A DNA stretch of 64,000 nucleotides from Octopus vulgaris (Eukaryota). Positions 14,038-26,241 of the stretch are shown piece after piece. The stretch spans positions 2,232,001 through 2,296,000 of the forward strand of contig OX597826.1 of the NCBI GenBank assembly GCA_951406725.2, read 5' to 3'. Numbering within the stretch: position 1 is the first letter of the stretch; every line of letters begins with the position of its first letter. The position numbers were made by a program, and so were the translations under genes. The notes beneath the pieces are model-generated. The model had not been told where the DNA came from and searched no databases. It saw only the letters and a list, made by a program, of their open reading frames with translations.

Positions 14038-14978
14038 ATAAACAACAGCAGCAAAAAAGAACAAGAACAAGAACAACACACAAATATGAACAACAACAAC
14101 AACAACAATAACCACAACATCACTCTGTAAACTGCATGAATTGAACAATCATCTTCGACTCAATTCATAACTACACATTCAATCTCTCGTTGCCGTATAA
14201 AATGCCAGTTCAGATTTGTATCTTTTTGTTTTTGCCTATGTTTATACTTGCTTACAACCACAAAAATTTATTGACATCATTCAAGTCAAGGTCAATTGAT
14301 TTCTTTCTTTCTGAGTGAACAAGCAATCCAGCTGTTTTCATCATTTTTCTTAGTGCTTTGTCCAAAATCAATACATTTACCGATTTTATATAACGCATGG
14401 TAACAAAATTCCACCGCTGATTTTTCACTCGAATTATTAAACTAAGCAACAGCTTCAATGTAATCTGTTTTTACATGGCTTCACTATAACGCTTTTTGAA
14501 AGTAAAAAGCAATTTAAGAAGTAGGAAACATTACGATAATACAAAATATATTAAGTTAGCGTTCGTTGAGTGCTTGCGTCTTTTGTGTGTGTGATTTTCT
14601 CGAAGCAACTTACAATTTGGTTAGTAACGTTTTATTAATCCATTTTTTTTCCTTTAAAATTTCTCTGCACTAAATATTTCCTACGACTGCTATATAAGCA
14701 TTCATTTCAAATGCACCAGTGTATAGGTGATGAATATAGGCGATTATTAAAGAACATCTATATACTCGTGTGTTGTATTCATTTTTGCGATCCCAGAAGA
14801 AGGAAAAGCATAGAGAAAATGCAGGAAAAACACCCCCAAAACAACGCCATACATTATTCAATTATTCTTAACTGCGCAGCTGACAGTCAGGGAAAACGTT
14901 ATATTTAACTGAATAAGATAGATTCACTCCCTGAGTTATGTTCTGTGACTGCCAGGATTCAGATAAAAAACAGATAAA

Positions 14979-15393
14979 GGCGGTGAGTTGGCAGAATCGT
15001 TAGCACGCCAGGGGAAATGCTTAGCGGTACTTCGTCTGCCATTACGTTCTGAGTTCAAATTCCGCCGTGGTCGACTTTGTCTTTCATCCTTTCGGGATCG
15101 ATTAAATAAGTACCAGTTACGCACTGGGGTCGATGTAATCGACTTAATCCGTTTGTCTGTCCTTGTTTGTCGTCTCTGTGTTTAGCCCCTTGTGGGTAGT
15201 AAAGAAATAGGTACTTCGTCTGCCGCTACGTTCTGAGTTCAAACTCTGCCGAGGTCGACTTTGCCTTTCATCCTTTCGGGGTCGATAAATTAAGTACCAG
15301 CTACACACTGGGGTCGATGAAATCGACTTAATCCGTTTGTCTGTCCTTCGTTGTCCCCTCTATTCTTAGCCCCTTGTGGGCAATGAAGAAATA
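14979..15393 (+). mobile_element. Family B SINE (Nin/Deu-like, resembles octopus OR1) with duplicated body
   Basis: Head ggcggtgagttggcagaatcgttagc, B-box-like gagttcaaattcc, and the gcctttcatcctttcggggtcgat-type domain twice. Imperfect TSD aggattcagat at 14954 and 15394. Confidence 0.92.
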
Positions 15394-15614
15394 AGGATTC
15401 AGATGAAATACCCTACCTACATCTAAGTTTGAAACAATTAAGGTTTCGGGCAAGTCAAGAGGTTTCAGTATTTTTTAATCTGAAGCTGTTTCCAACGTCT
15501 GTTTCTCAATTTATCTGGTCTTTATTAATTATAGAGTACTTGATCAACATACTAATTATGTTATTTCTCCAGCTATGGGCTATTCACACACGCACACACA
15601 CACACACACACACA

Positions 15615-15668
<54 letters not shown>

Positions 15669-15756
15669 TACACACTACGATATTGTTAAAGCGAAACTGG
15701 ATTGTCGTTGTTTTATCTATAATCAAAATCCTTCTAGATTTCAAAATCTATTATTT

Positions 15757-16130
15757 CCTATTTCTTTATTACCCACAAGGGGCTAAACATAGAGGGGACA
15801 ACGAAGGACAGACAAAGGGATTAAGTCGATTACATTGACCCCAGTGCGTAACTGGTACTTAATTTATCGACCCCGAAAGGATGAAAGGCAAAGTCGACCT
15901 CGGCGGAATTTGAACTCAGAACGTAACGGCAGACGAAACACCTCTTTCTTTACTACCCACAAGGGGCTAAACACAGAGAGGACAAACAAGGACAGACAAA
16001 CGGATTAAGTCGATTATATCGACCCCATTGCGTAACTGGTACTTAATTTAATCGACGCCGAAAGGATGAAAGGCAAAATCGACCTCGGCGGAATTTGAAC
16101 TCAGAACGTAAAGGCAGACGAAATACCGCT
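15757..16130 (-). mobile_element. Family B SINE, duplicated body, 5'-truncated
   Basis: Close reverse complement of 15020-15393. Confidence 0.92.
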
Positions 16131-16439
16131 GCCTTAAATCCATTATTAATCTTTACCTAACTCTTTGTCTAATACATTTTTTGTTACAATTTTGAATACT
16201 GTAGAGTATGAGTTGATAGAATTTGACTGTTATGCTTTGGATATCGATATAACGCATTGTAGATCCATCGTTATCTCTTCTTTTTAATTTGTACCTTACG
16301 ATATGTGTTAGATAGTTAAGGTCTTTTTTGGAGAACAAAATCGAACACAATCAATATATTTAATATCATGAAACAAGATCTAGTTTTACGCTTCCAGAAA
16401 CATTAACCATTAAATAAAATTGAAAACAGAATCAAAATA

Positions 16440-16760
16440 AGGCGGGAAATGTTTAAGAAGGGCGTCTTGCGGCCAAGAGGTCTCGGGTGATATTCGACGG
16501 TAGAATATATTGAGCAGCAGCTATTTTGTTTTGCGATGGGTCGGCCTCAATCTAGTGAGTGAGATTAAGTAGAGGAAACTGTATAGAAGCCCGCCAGCCA
16601 GATCCTTCCTATGGGTCAAAAGGTACAGACTTGTCACACGGTGTATCACGCTTGTTCAGCCGGAGAATATTCTTCACCGATCGGTGGAATAAAACAGCTT
16701 CTTAGATCCTAACTCACAAGAACTGAATCCTTACCGTCGGACGACGGAGGTCCACGATAA
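16440..16760 (+). mobile_element. Old SINE remnant with Ceph-like central segment
   Basis: gtagaggaaactgtatagaagcccgcc resembles the family A middle segment; the 3' part differs. Confidence 0.45.
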
Positions 16761-17357
16761 ATATTTATACCGGATGTTTGTACGTGTGTGTGTGTGTGTG
16801 CGTGTGTGTGTGTGTTTATCTATGAACGCATGTGTGCGTGTGGGTGTGTTTGAGTGTATTTGAGTGTGTTTGCGTGTGTGCGTGTCTGAGCATATATGCG
16901 GTGTGTGACAGGAGGGGACATTTAATTATGAATTTATACATACATACCTTCATCTATACATACACACATACGTATGCGCACATATACCTATAAACACATA
17001 CATGTATACACCCATACAGATATGCAAATACACACATACATTTATACAGAGATTCTGGACTCTTTCTTTCATATGACTCTTGAGAATCAGAAGCCATCGA
17101 AAAATTAATGTTCGACGCAGCACGGCAAAGCACAACAAAAGTACCAATGTGTTTGTGAAGCGAATTTCTTAGCCATACGGTTATATCTCCGTCTCAATTA
17201 CTTTCATACGTTTTCTTTGTATTTCTAGAAGAGCACAGGGTAATGCGACTGTTATATCTAGCATATAAAGACTTCACTAATAGCTTGATAACTAGTTGTT
17301 TCTATAAATAACTAATCGTCCAAAAACTAATCGTTATCATATATATAAAGCGATAAA

Positions 17358-17468
17358 CGTCGTCCTTTTCAAGCCTAGTCAGGCTCATGGGCCTGGTTTC
17401 CCGGTCTCTGTGGCGTATGTGTCCCCCCCCCCCAGCTGGACAGGACGCCAGTCCATCGTAGCATTACT
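17358..17468 (-). mobile_element. 3' fragment of V-domain-like SINE (family C)
   Basis: Reverse complement of the 58140-58245 segment (gcgatggactggcgtcctgtcca...ggcccatgagcctg). Confidence 0.75.
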
Positions 17469-17630
17469 TCCATATTATCTTCATCTCCCGACTGCATTCT
17501 ACCAACAAGTCAGCTATGACAAGCAGTGTTTAGTAGTCTGTGTGCAAAGTACTTTTAAAACTGGCTCCTCCAGAAATATGGAATAATGAAACTTGGTAGG
17601 TTATCTCATTAGATGAATAGTAATGATATA

Positions 17631-17912
17631 CAGTAGTCCCATGCCATATCGCGGTTCACCTATTGCGGTTCACCTATCGCGGTTCACCTATTGCGGTTCA
17701 CCTATCGCGGTTCACCTATCGCGGTTCACCTATCGCGGTTCTCCTACCGCGATCAATTATTTAAATTTACGTCGCTTCCTCTATGGTGTTATTTTGCAAA
17801 TTATAAAAATAAAAAATAAAATGTACAGTACAGTACTGTTTCTACTTCACGGATTTTCACTTATCGTGGGAGGTTTTGGAACGCAACACCCGCGATGTTA
17901 GATGGATTACCG
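17631..17912. mobile_element. Tigger/pogo-like MITE with TA TSD and an internal 14-bp tandem array
   Basis: ta|cagtagtcccatgccatatcgcgg ... ccgcgatgttagatggattaccg|ta imperfect TIRs. (tatYgcggttcacc) x7 at 17647-17744. Confidence 0.8.
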
Positions 17913-18267
17913 TACTGAAATTACAATAAACGAACTACTTCTCCTGAAGATGCGACTTACTTACTTACAAAGGAAACAAGGACGGGTCATTCGGAGTTTT
18001 CTTTCCTCAGTGAATTCTCCAATCTGGCCAGCCCCAAGGAAAAACTAAGCTAGGAGCATGGGTGCTGATAATTTCCTGGCTTTAAGGGTATCTAAAAAAC
18101 TTGCCTGGAGGTCCAACTTTCTGAGTTCTTTTATAGGGACGAGGAAAACTGAAGGGTCGCTTCAATAAATGTGTGAATTTGAGAGGGGAATATGTTGGAA
18201 TAAAATCGCAATTATCTGATCCTCCAGTATTTTCTTTTACCCAAAGCCAGGAACCATTCAGTACCCC

Positions 18268-18342
<75 letters not shown>

Positions 18343-18924
18343 AAATGTATATATATGTTTGTGTGTGTGTTTATATATTAACGACGAGGAGAAATGATTG
18401 ACTGTTGTAGGTTTCTATTTTTTATTTTATCAGATCAGTAAGGCAAAACTTCGTTATCTACTAATACATCAAGACCGGAGCATTCCATTATTTAAGCAAA
18501 TTTCTAGAGGCGTTAAATATACCTCGGTATTAAGATACATGACTATTTGTAAGCGAATGTGTTTCTACATAATACAAAATATTCAAATCAAATGCATAAA
18601 TAAATAAATATTATGTCGTCTCAAAGAATATGAAGATAAGCGAAGTGCGGGTATCGTCGTTGATGGTGTTGTTGCTGCTGTGTTCGTACTTGTTGGATGT
18701 GCAGAAGGTTTGCTAAAACTGGCGAATAACATACAAGGTTAAAATAGAAGCGTATATCCTATTACACTCTAAACTCCTCGTTCTTACGTCGAATCATGTT
18801 TCCTAAGAAAACCATTGTACTTTTCTGCCTACACACACACACACGCACATATATATATATATCTACATATACGTATTTTCATATATATATATATATATAC
18901 ATAAATATATATATATACAAATAC

Positions 18925-19036
<112 letters not shown>

Positions 19037-19344
19037 GTATGTACATATACATACATACATATTCACACATTGGCATACACACACATAATTACAGACTCAT
19101 ACATATTTAAAAGTACATGTGTATACATGTGCGCGTATGAACACAGAGAGGCATATAGACATATAAATATATATATAAGAGCTTATATGTGTGTGCGTCT
19201 ATGTGTGTATGTGTGTGTGTGTGAGTGTGTGTGTGTGAGTGTGTCTATGTGTGTGTTTGTGTCTTTCTTAATATTTGTATCTCTTTATATATCTTTATAT
19301 CTAAAGTGTCTGCATACATAAAAACTAATACATCTATCGACACG

Positions 19345-19376
<32 letters not shown>

Positions 19377-20733
19377 AACACATACACACAAACACATGTG
19401 TGCAGACAGCGATGCATATCGCTACGTACAAACATAATAAGGACTCGTGGTCGTGCCTAATTGAATTGAGAAAAACGTGGTATCGTTTTGTAACAAATAT
19501 GCAATTCACAGTGAATCTAGGATCAATATTCACTTGTCGCATCGCCCTCCTCTATCTTTCGTTCTCTCGTCTTCTAGAATCAAAAGAATTTTAGCTAACA
19601 TTCATTAATTAAATAAAAATGAAAGCAAGCAAGCAAGAAAGGAAGGAAGGAAGGAAGGAAGGGTGAATGGAAATTACGAAAGAAAGAAAGAAAGCAATTT
19701 AAAGAGACAAAGATGGCGGGAGATGATGGGAAGTATTAAGGAGAAAGAGAGAGAGAGAGAGAGAGACAGACATAGAGAAAGAGAGAGAGGGGGAGAAAAG
19801 AGAGAGAGGTGGGGGAGAGGACGTATGAAAGGAGACTTTAGTGCCGTGTCAATTCAGCAGAAGCTTTTAATCAGAGGATGTAAGTTCATGTATTTTCTTT
19901 AGAACATTCTGGAATGCGTCAATCGAGTGGAGAACGTCCGCGTCAAAAGTATAATATAATGGCGAACGAGAAAGTGTGAGCGAGAGAAAGAGAGAAAATG
20001 TGCGAGGGAAAGAGAAAGGGAATGAGTGAGAGGAAAAACAGGAGGGTGTGAGAGTGAGAGAAGTGGAGGGTGAGGCTCAGTAATACACTTAATATCGACC
20101 AGTAGTTACATCTACATACACTGGGATACAAAGATGTTTACACATCCTTCCTATAACGAACATACCGACACATACAATTGCATACGGATACATATATTGA
20201 GCGTGTAATTTTACAGATAGTAATCTCCGTACATACACATACATACACCGACAACACAAGCAGAAGACCGCTCGTACGTATTCATTTCTGAACACTCTTC
20301 ATACGGCAAACGTACCGACACATACATAGACATTCACAGACGTGCATTCAGAGCGTACATTTCCACTGACAAAGCAAAGGTATGGAGGGATACCAATCAC
20401 CATACGTACACTCCCAGGCGCCGCCGACAACACAAGTGTATCACTCATACGTATATATGCTTACAAGACGGACATATCGGCACATACATATATAGAGACA
20501 TATACTAGGCCTATAATTCTGCGCACAGGAAAAGTGTAGAGGGATAGTAATAGCCATAGATACAAATCCACACGTTAAATACATCGCAGAGGAACACTCA
20601 GACGTACACGTGCAAACACCAAATAAATACTTAAACAAAAACACCCACATGCGTATAGCCTTTATAAAATACACACCAAAACCACTAATCATAGATACAT
20701 ACAAATATATATAGCATAGTACTGTATTATAGC

Positions 20734-20919
<186 letters not shown>

Positions 20920-20920
20920 T

Positions 20921-21357
20921 AGGTGTAGGAGTGGCTGTGTGGTATGTAGCTTGCTTACCAAACATATGGTTCTGGGTTCAGTCCAACTGCGTAGCACCTT
21001 GGGCAAGTGTCATCGACTATAGATCGAGCCGACCAAAGATTTGTGAGTGAATTTGTTAGACGGAAGCTGAAAGAAGACCGTCGTATATATGTATATATAT
21101 ATATATATATATAACAATGATAAATATCAATGTGAGTTATATACAGTAGCGGTAACACAACGTGACGTATTTTTGCCATTTCAATATGGCTAACCCCTAA
21201 GGGTGGATGCTACTGTAGTTTTTAGCCCCAGGAGGACACACTCCTCCAGCTGGCCATAGACACACTTTCTGTGTCCTGTCAGTATTTGCAAAGGGAAGTC
21301 ATTCTTCCCGTCTTCAACTTATGATACACACGGACTCTCTCTATATATATATGTGTG

Positions 21358-21398
<41 letters not shown>

Positions 21399-21645
21399 GT
21401 GCGTGTGTGCGCGCGCGTACGTGTCTGTATTTGTCTCTTCAACATCGCTTGACAACCGATGTTGGTGTGTTTACGTCCCCGTAACTTAGCGCTTCGGCGT
21501 ACGAGACCGATAGAATAAGTACTAGGCTTACAAAGAATAAGTCCTGGACTTATTTGTTCGAGTAAAAAGCGGTGATCCAGCATGGCCGCAGTAAAATGAC
21601 TGAAACAAATAAAAGAACAAAAAGACAATAAAACTAAAAGACTAA
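20921..21645 (+). mobile_element. Family A SINE interrupted in its internal (TA)n by a ~230-bp insertion (21113-21340)
   Basis: Head at 20921-21085; 3' half at 21420-21645 with tail gcggtgatccagcatggccgcagtaaaatgactgaaac. Confidence 0.88.
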
Positions 21646-21648
21646 AGA

Positions 21649-21678
<30 letters not shown>

Positions 21679-21679
<1 letters not shown>

Positions 21680-21945
21680 CAAAAGCCGTTCGATTCACTT
21701 CAAAATTTAAGTATAATTTGTCAAAATATTTTCGTCGCTTTAAGACCGCGACCTGTTCACTGAGAGCACGGATTTTTGTCGCAGTGAAATGAATAGAAGA
21801 GGAAAAAGAATTAAATTTAAATGTTGAAGTGAATCGAACGGCTTTTGTGTGTTTCTTAAATGGCTTACAAACACCTTCCACGCTGCAGTTGTTTTCGTTT
21901 CAGCACACGATCTTAGATCAAATCACTTGCTATGCAAGTACATCT

Positions 21946-21948
<3 letters not shown>
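21679..21948. mobile_element. TA-flanked fold-back element (Penelope-like terminal repeat remnant)
   Basis: Inverted arms acaaaagccgttcgattcacttcaa (21679) and ttgaagtgaatcgaacggcttttgt (21824-21848); (TA)n on both sides. Confidence 0.7.
21719..21765 (-). ncRNA. Minimal type I hammerhead ribozyme fold, G3-C8 swapped core
   Basis: TCTCA-GTGAACA-G-GTCGC-ggtcttaaa-GCGAC-GAAA-ATAT-TT-TGACA: stem I 4/5 pairs, stem II 5 bp, palindromic stem III. Confidence 0.6.
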
Positions 21949-22025
<77 letters not shown>

Positions 22026-22171
22026 CAACACAAATGAATCGAGGTTCGCCAGCGCTATTTCAGACGCGTTCTTTTTGTTTTGAAGCCATTTGTGTTCTTA
22101 GTTATTTTACATGATTGCTGGACCTTACAGTGGACCGGGAAGATGCATTCCGGAGTACGTCTTAATCTGAA

Positions 22172-22232
<61 letters not shown>

Positions 22233-22349
22233 GACTACTTATATGCTTGAGTAGATTTATCTGTTCATGTCCATGTATATGTGAGTGGTAAAAAATGATA
22301 TATGCGCGAGTGACGATATATATCTATACATATATATATATATATATAT

Positions 22350-22851
22350 AAATTCAAAATGAATATAATTTGCAGAATTGCATACAATAACGTCCGTACA
22401 AAGTCAGCCTTGTAAATTAAATTAATATCTAATTTGAAATTTGAATTAATTCGTTCTCTACCCGGCAAAGGCCACAGCAGTAAATTATTTTCTGCAGCAT
22501 CATTTTTTCCGGAAAAGTTTAACGCGACAAAACGAGGACATTTTAATAGTAACCACGAGTCTAATGAGTAGAACTGTTTACAAGTCTGACTTTATGCGGA
22601 CGTCAAAGTATGCAGTCCTACAAATTATATTCATTTGGACGGTCACACCGAAGATCTACGGACTTCTTACGTAAGTAAAATTACGTAATATAGTGATAGT
22701 GAAACATGTATGTGAATAATCCATATCTTTATTGCTTTTCGTTTGTCTTGCTGGATTACGTTTTGGGAGATTTGCTAAATTTTTCTTGAGACAATAGCGG
22801 ATCTATTTCTAGCATAAGGGTGTCCACATGGTGGTTTCCCTTTAATATGTT

Positions 22852-22852
<1 letters not shown>
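22350..22852 (+). mobile_element. TA-flanked hammerhead-bearing element with 5' inverted arm; homologous to 54080-54500
   Basis: The ~65-bp arm at 22352-22416 is the reverse complement of 22577-22638. Shared segments ttttctgcag, gcggacg, caaattatatt, tttgtcttgct and tttgctaaattt occur in the same order as in the 54 kb copy. Confidence 0.75.
22643..22715 (+). ncRNA. Type I hammerhead fold with a U4C change in the core (probably inactive)
   Basis: TCACA-CCGAAGA-tcta...tagt-GAAA-CATG-TA-TGTGA: perfect 5-bp stem I, palindromic ACATGT stem III, GUA cleavage triplet. Confidence 0.65.
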
Positions 22853-22924
<72 letters not shown>

Positions 22925-22929
<5 letters not shown>

Positions 22930-23217
22930 GAAATATTAAAATTACTAAGTCTCTATAAAAGAGATTGCGGCAGCGTTTACTGGAAATTGTTATCGCCATA
23001 TTAATATGGCATTCTTATAGATATAAGAATAATCACTGCATTTTTTTCTCTCCTTTTTTCTGTCCTTGTTTTTTTCTGTGTATCTTTCTGTCGAAGAGCG
23101 TAGGCTCGAAATATAAAAGACTTGTTCTATTTCTATTCTTGAGCGCCATACTAATACATTTGTTTGTTTGTACTCCACCTGCCTTCGTCTTTTGTTTATT
23201 TTTGTAAACCTTCCCGT

Positions 23218-23220
<3 letters not shown>
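22925..23220 (+). mobile_element. TA-inserted repeat family D (minimal hammerhead-like motif at ~23083-23120)
   Basis: Homologous to the reverse complement of 39791-39997, 53492-53703 and 26041-26135; motif tcttt-CTGTCGA-a-GAGCgtagGCTC-GAAA-ta-TA-aaaga. Confidence 0.8.
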
Positions 23221-23265
<45 letters not shown>

Positions 23266-23351
23266 ATAGGATTAGCTCGTATACGAGTAGGTATATATTT
23301 GTAAAAAATGAAGTTCGAAAATGCTGCTATATTATACAATTTTTAATTTTT

Positions 23352-23413
23352 ATATATACATTATAACATGTTTCAGTTCCTGAAATGAACCTTATCAAAA
23401 AAAGTTATATATA
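23352..23413 (-). ncRNA. Decayed hammerhead fold, U3-A8 core
   Basis: TTGATAA-GGTTC-atttcag-GAACT-GAAA-CATG-TT; stem I only partly paired. Confidence 0.45.
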
Positions 23414-24108
23414 AAAAAAGACAGCTCATGCCGTCAAACACAAGAAATTCATTTATAATACACAACGGAGTCAGACATCTTAGAGTTCATGTATAGTTGA
23501 TATATAGTTTGAAGTAAGTTCATTCATGCTATATGTTCAAAGTGTTCGATGCAGTGGCCCACGGTGGCGATACGTATTCAATACAAAAAACAGATCAAAG
23601 TGGTGGAAAGCAGTCAATACAGAAGATTGATGTTTCCGAAAGAGCGAGGAATTCATTTTTACCTTAAGCAATTGTGATGACCCATGGTGGGTGTTCGCTG
23701 GGTGGTTCTAGTGAGTCTTGTGAATTGCTCGGTTTTATAATGCCTGTTAGGTGGTCAGTCCAGCGTAGCATGACGTCATCAACGTTTTGACCAATCGTTT
23801 CGTTAGGTGGCTTTAGTCAAGCAGAACGGGACGTCATCATCATTTTGACCAATCGCTGCATTATAACTGTCTCTTGTCTGTTTCCTGTTTTGACCAGTCG
23901 CTTCGTTTGTCAAGCAGAACGGGACGTTTTCAGAGGCACAAGTAAAGTTAGATTTGATCTTGAATCTCTGTTTTGACGCAAATATATATATTTTGACGCA
24001 AATATATATATTTTTTAACATTTAAGCCTTCTGTCGTTTTTTCACTCTTTACTATTTTCTTATATATTCACCCACGTGCTTTACCAAACAAACTTTCTTA
24101 TCTATCTA

Positions 24109-24143
<35 letters not shown>

Positions 24144-24146
<3 letters not shown>

Positions 24147-24443
24147 CCTGATCACCGTGACCGACCAGGCTATCAGATGTTGCTACACATCGCTGGTCAC
24201 AATGCGCTTTGCATTGTTTTAGCTTTCAAAAGACGCCATCCCGCTGGCTAAGCGAGCAGGCCAACAGAAGAAATAGTGAGATAAAGTTGTGGGGAAAGAG
24301 TACAGCAGGGATCGCTACCACCCCCTGTCGGAGCCACGTGGAGCTTTAGGTGTTTTCGCTCAATAAACACTCACAAGGCTTGGTATGGGAATCGAAATCG
24401 CGACCCCCCGACCACGAGTCCGCTGCCCTAACAACTGGGCCAT
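24144..24443 (-). mobile_element. tRNA-derived SINE, family E
   Basis: The minus strand begins tggcccagttgttagggcagcggact (A box) ... gatttcgattccc (B box) and ends in tandem cacggtgat/cagggtgat followed by (TA)n. Confidence 0.85.
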
Positions 24444-25809
24444 CTTTCTATGTGGTGTACGAAAAAATATGTTAACTACACATTTAATGGCAACAAAACT
24501 GTAGAATAGCATAGGCTCGAAGCAATTTGGTTCAAAAACAAGCCTTTATCATTGGTGTCTACAACTGAAATATTTCCCAATCAACCGGAAGTAGGTATGC
24601 CCATATGCGTAAGAAGAGTCCTTCGCATATATCTTATTGCAAGTTTGATTTCACTGACCGAATATCTTGTATCGCCCCAAACAAAGTGCTGAGAGTGATA
24701 TTTGTTAGATGGGCGCTCGATACAAGCATAGCAGCTACCTTGTAGCATTTGGTTGTATTGGCGGATCCGTTGTTGCGCCCGCTGGACAGCCGCGTCATAT
24801 TGTTATCGCTCTCAACGCACGATGTTCAAATCCTGCTTTGGTCAGTTTTGCTTATATTTTTTTGAGATCCATAAATATAGTACCGGGCAAAGTTCTTGCC
24901 ACATATGACTTAGCTCTATGAGACATGGTTCCAATTTCCCTTCCTGTAACCAGAATGGAAAAATATCGCGTTGGAGAAAAACAGCACTTAAAAAAAAATC
25001 TTCTTGCACAGGCATTGCACGATAACATTTTTAGAGAAGAGCCTAGATCATTCAGTTGACACCGCCCAAGCTAGCAAGAGAGGACATAAAGGGACATTTA
25101 AGTACTATATACTCAAAGATGAACGAATTAGTTGCATAATTTAGGTCACTTTATGTCCAAGTTTATTTTCCCATTTCTTTGTAGGTGATTGATAAATACG
25201 TAACAATATTCTGGCGTCGATATAATCAACTAAAACCTTTAACGGAAGTACTCAAGCCAGACCCCAGTCAACTAATTAAAACTAATTAAACATCTACAAT
25301 TATTATACACAATTATGAACTACATGTTTTGCATTTTTCAAAAACACTGTTTATATTGCTGTTGCTTAACTCCAGCTCTCGATCCAGGAACCGTATGACC
25401 GAAGACTTTCAGATCGTAATAATACAAGATTTCTTTTCATTTCTTCATCTAGAACTACACCATACTATCTTTCCTACTATTTGAAACAGTTGAGTTAAAA
25501 AAATAAATATAAACTCTGTGAAGCATATTTTATGCAAATTCCTCTATAACTTTGATTTGTGAAGTGGGGGTCCTTTATAATCTATTGCAGTTTAACAGAA
25601 CCTGATGCAGTTGGCTGAATACTACGGTAACCAGGTTCTTATATGAAGTACTAACGAGTTGGTAGCCAACATTATAGTTACACCCTCAAATTTTATACAA
25701 TATATATATATACATATATATATATAAATATATACATATATATATATATATATACATATACATATGCATATATATACAGACATATATATATGTATTTATG
25801 TATGTATAT

Positions 25810-25866
<57 letters not shown>

Positions 25867-26040
25867 TGTATGTATGTATGCATGTATATATAGATAACGT
25901 GACTAGGTACTAAGGAAACACCTACATCGGTAGAAATAACAGCGGTTTAGCTCTTATTTCTAGCGATGTTGGTGCTGCTTAACACCCTACTTACGTTTAG
26001 TGATGTTTGCAGTTCTCCTTTTCGGTGCAACATTGCAAAA

Positions 26041-26132
26041 GTATAACGCTCAGGAATAGAAGAAGACTTTTAAGTTTCGAGCCTACGCTCTTCTACAGAA
26101 ACGGACACAGAAAAAAACAAGGAGAGAAACAA

Positions 26133-26135
<3 letters not shown>
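26041..26135 (-). mobile_element. Family D fragment immediately upstream of the LINE
   Basis: gtataacgctcaggaataga...gtttcgagcctacgctcttctacagaa...caaggagagaaacaagga matches 39854-39950. Confidence 0.8.
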
Positions 26136-26210
<75 letters not shown>

Positions 26211-26241
26211 ATATATATATATATATATGTATGTATATATA

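Noticed and set aside
14252-14458. ORF with VNVLILDKALRKM resembling DEAD-box motif II
   Set aside because: The catalytic DE residues are absent, there are no other helicase motifs, and the splice acceptor is weak.
17647-17752. 14-bp repeats as a CRISPR array
   Set aside because: No spacers, eukaryotic context, and located inside a MITE.
19901-19915. Perfect heat-shock element aGAAcaTTCtgGAAt
   Set aside because: A pattern with nine fixed bases is expected by chance in 64 kb of AT-rich DNA, and no gene is linked.
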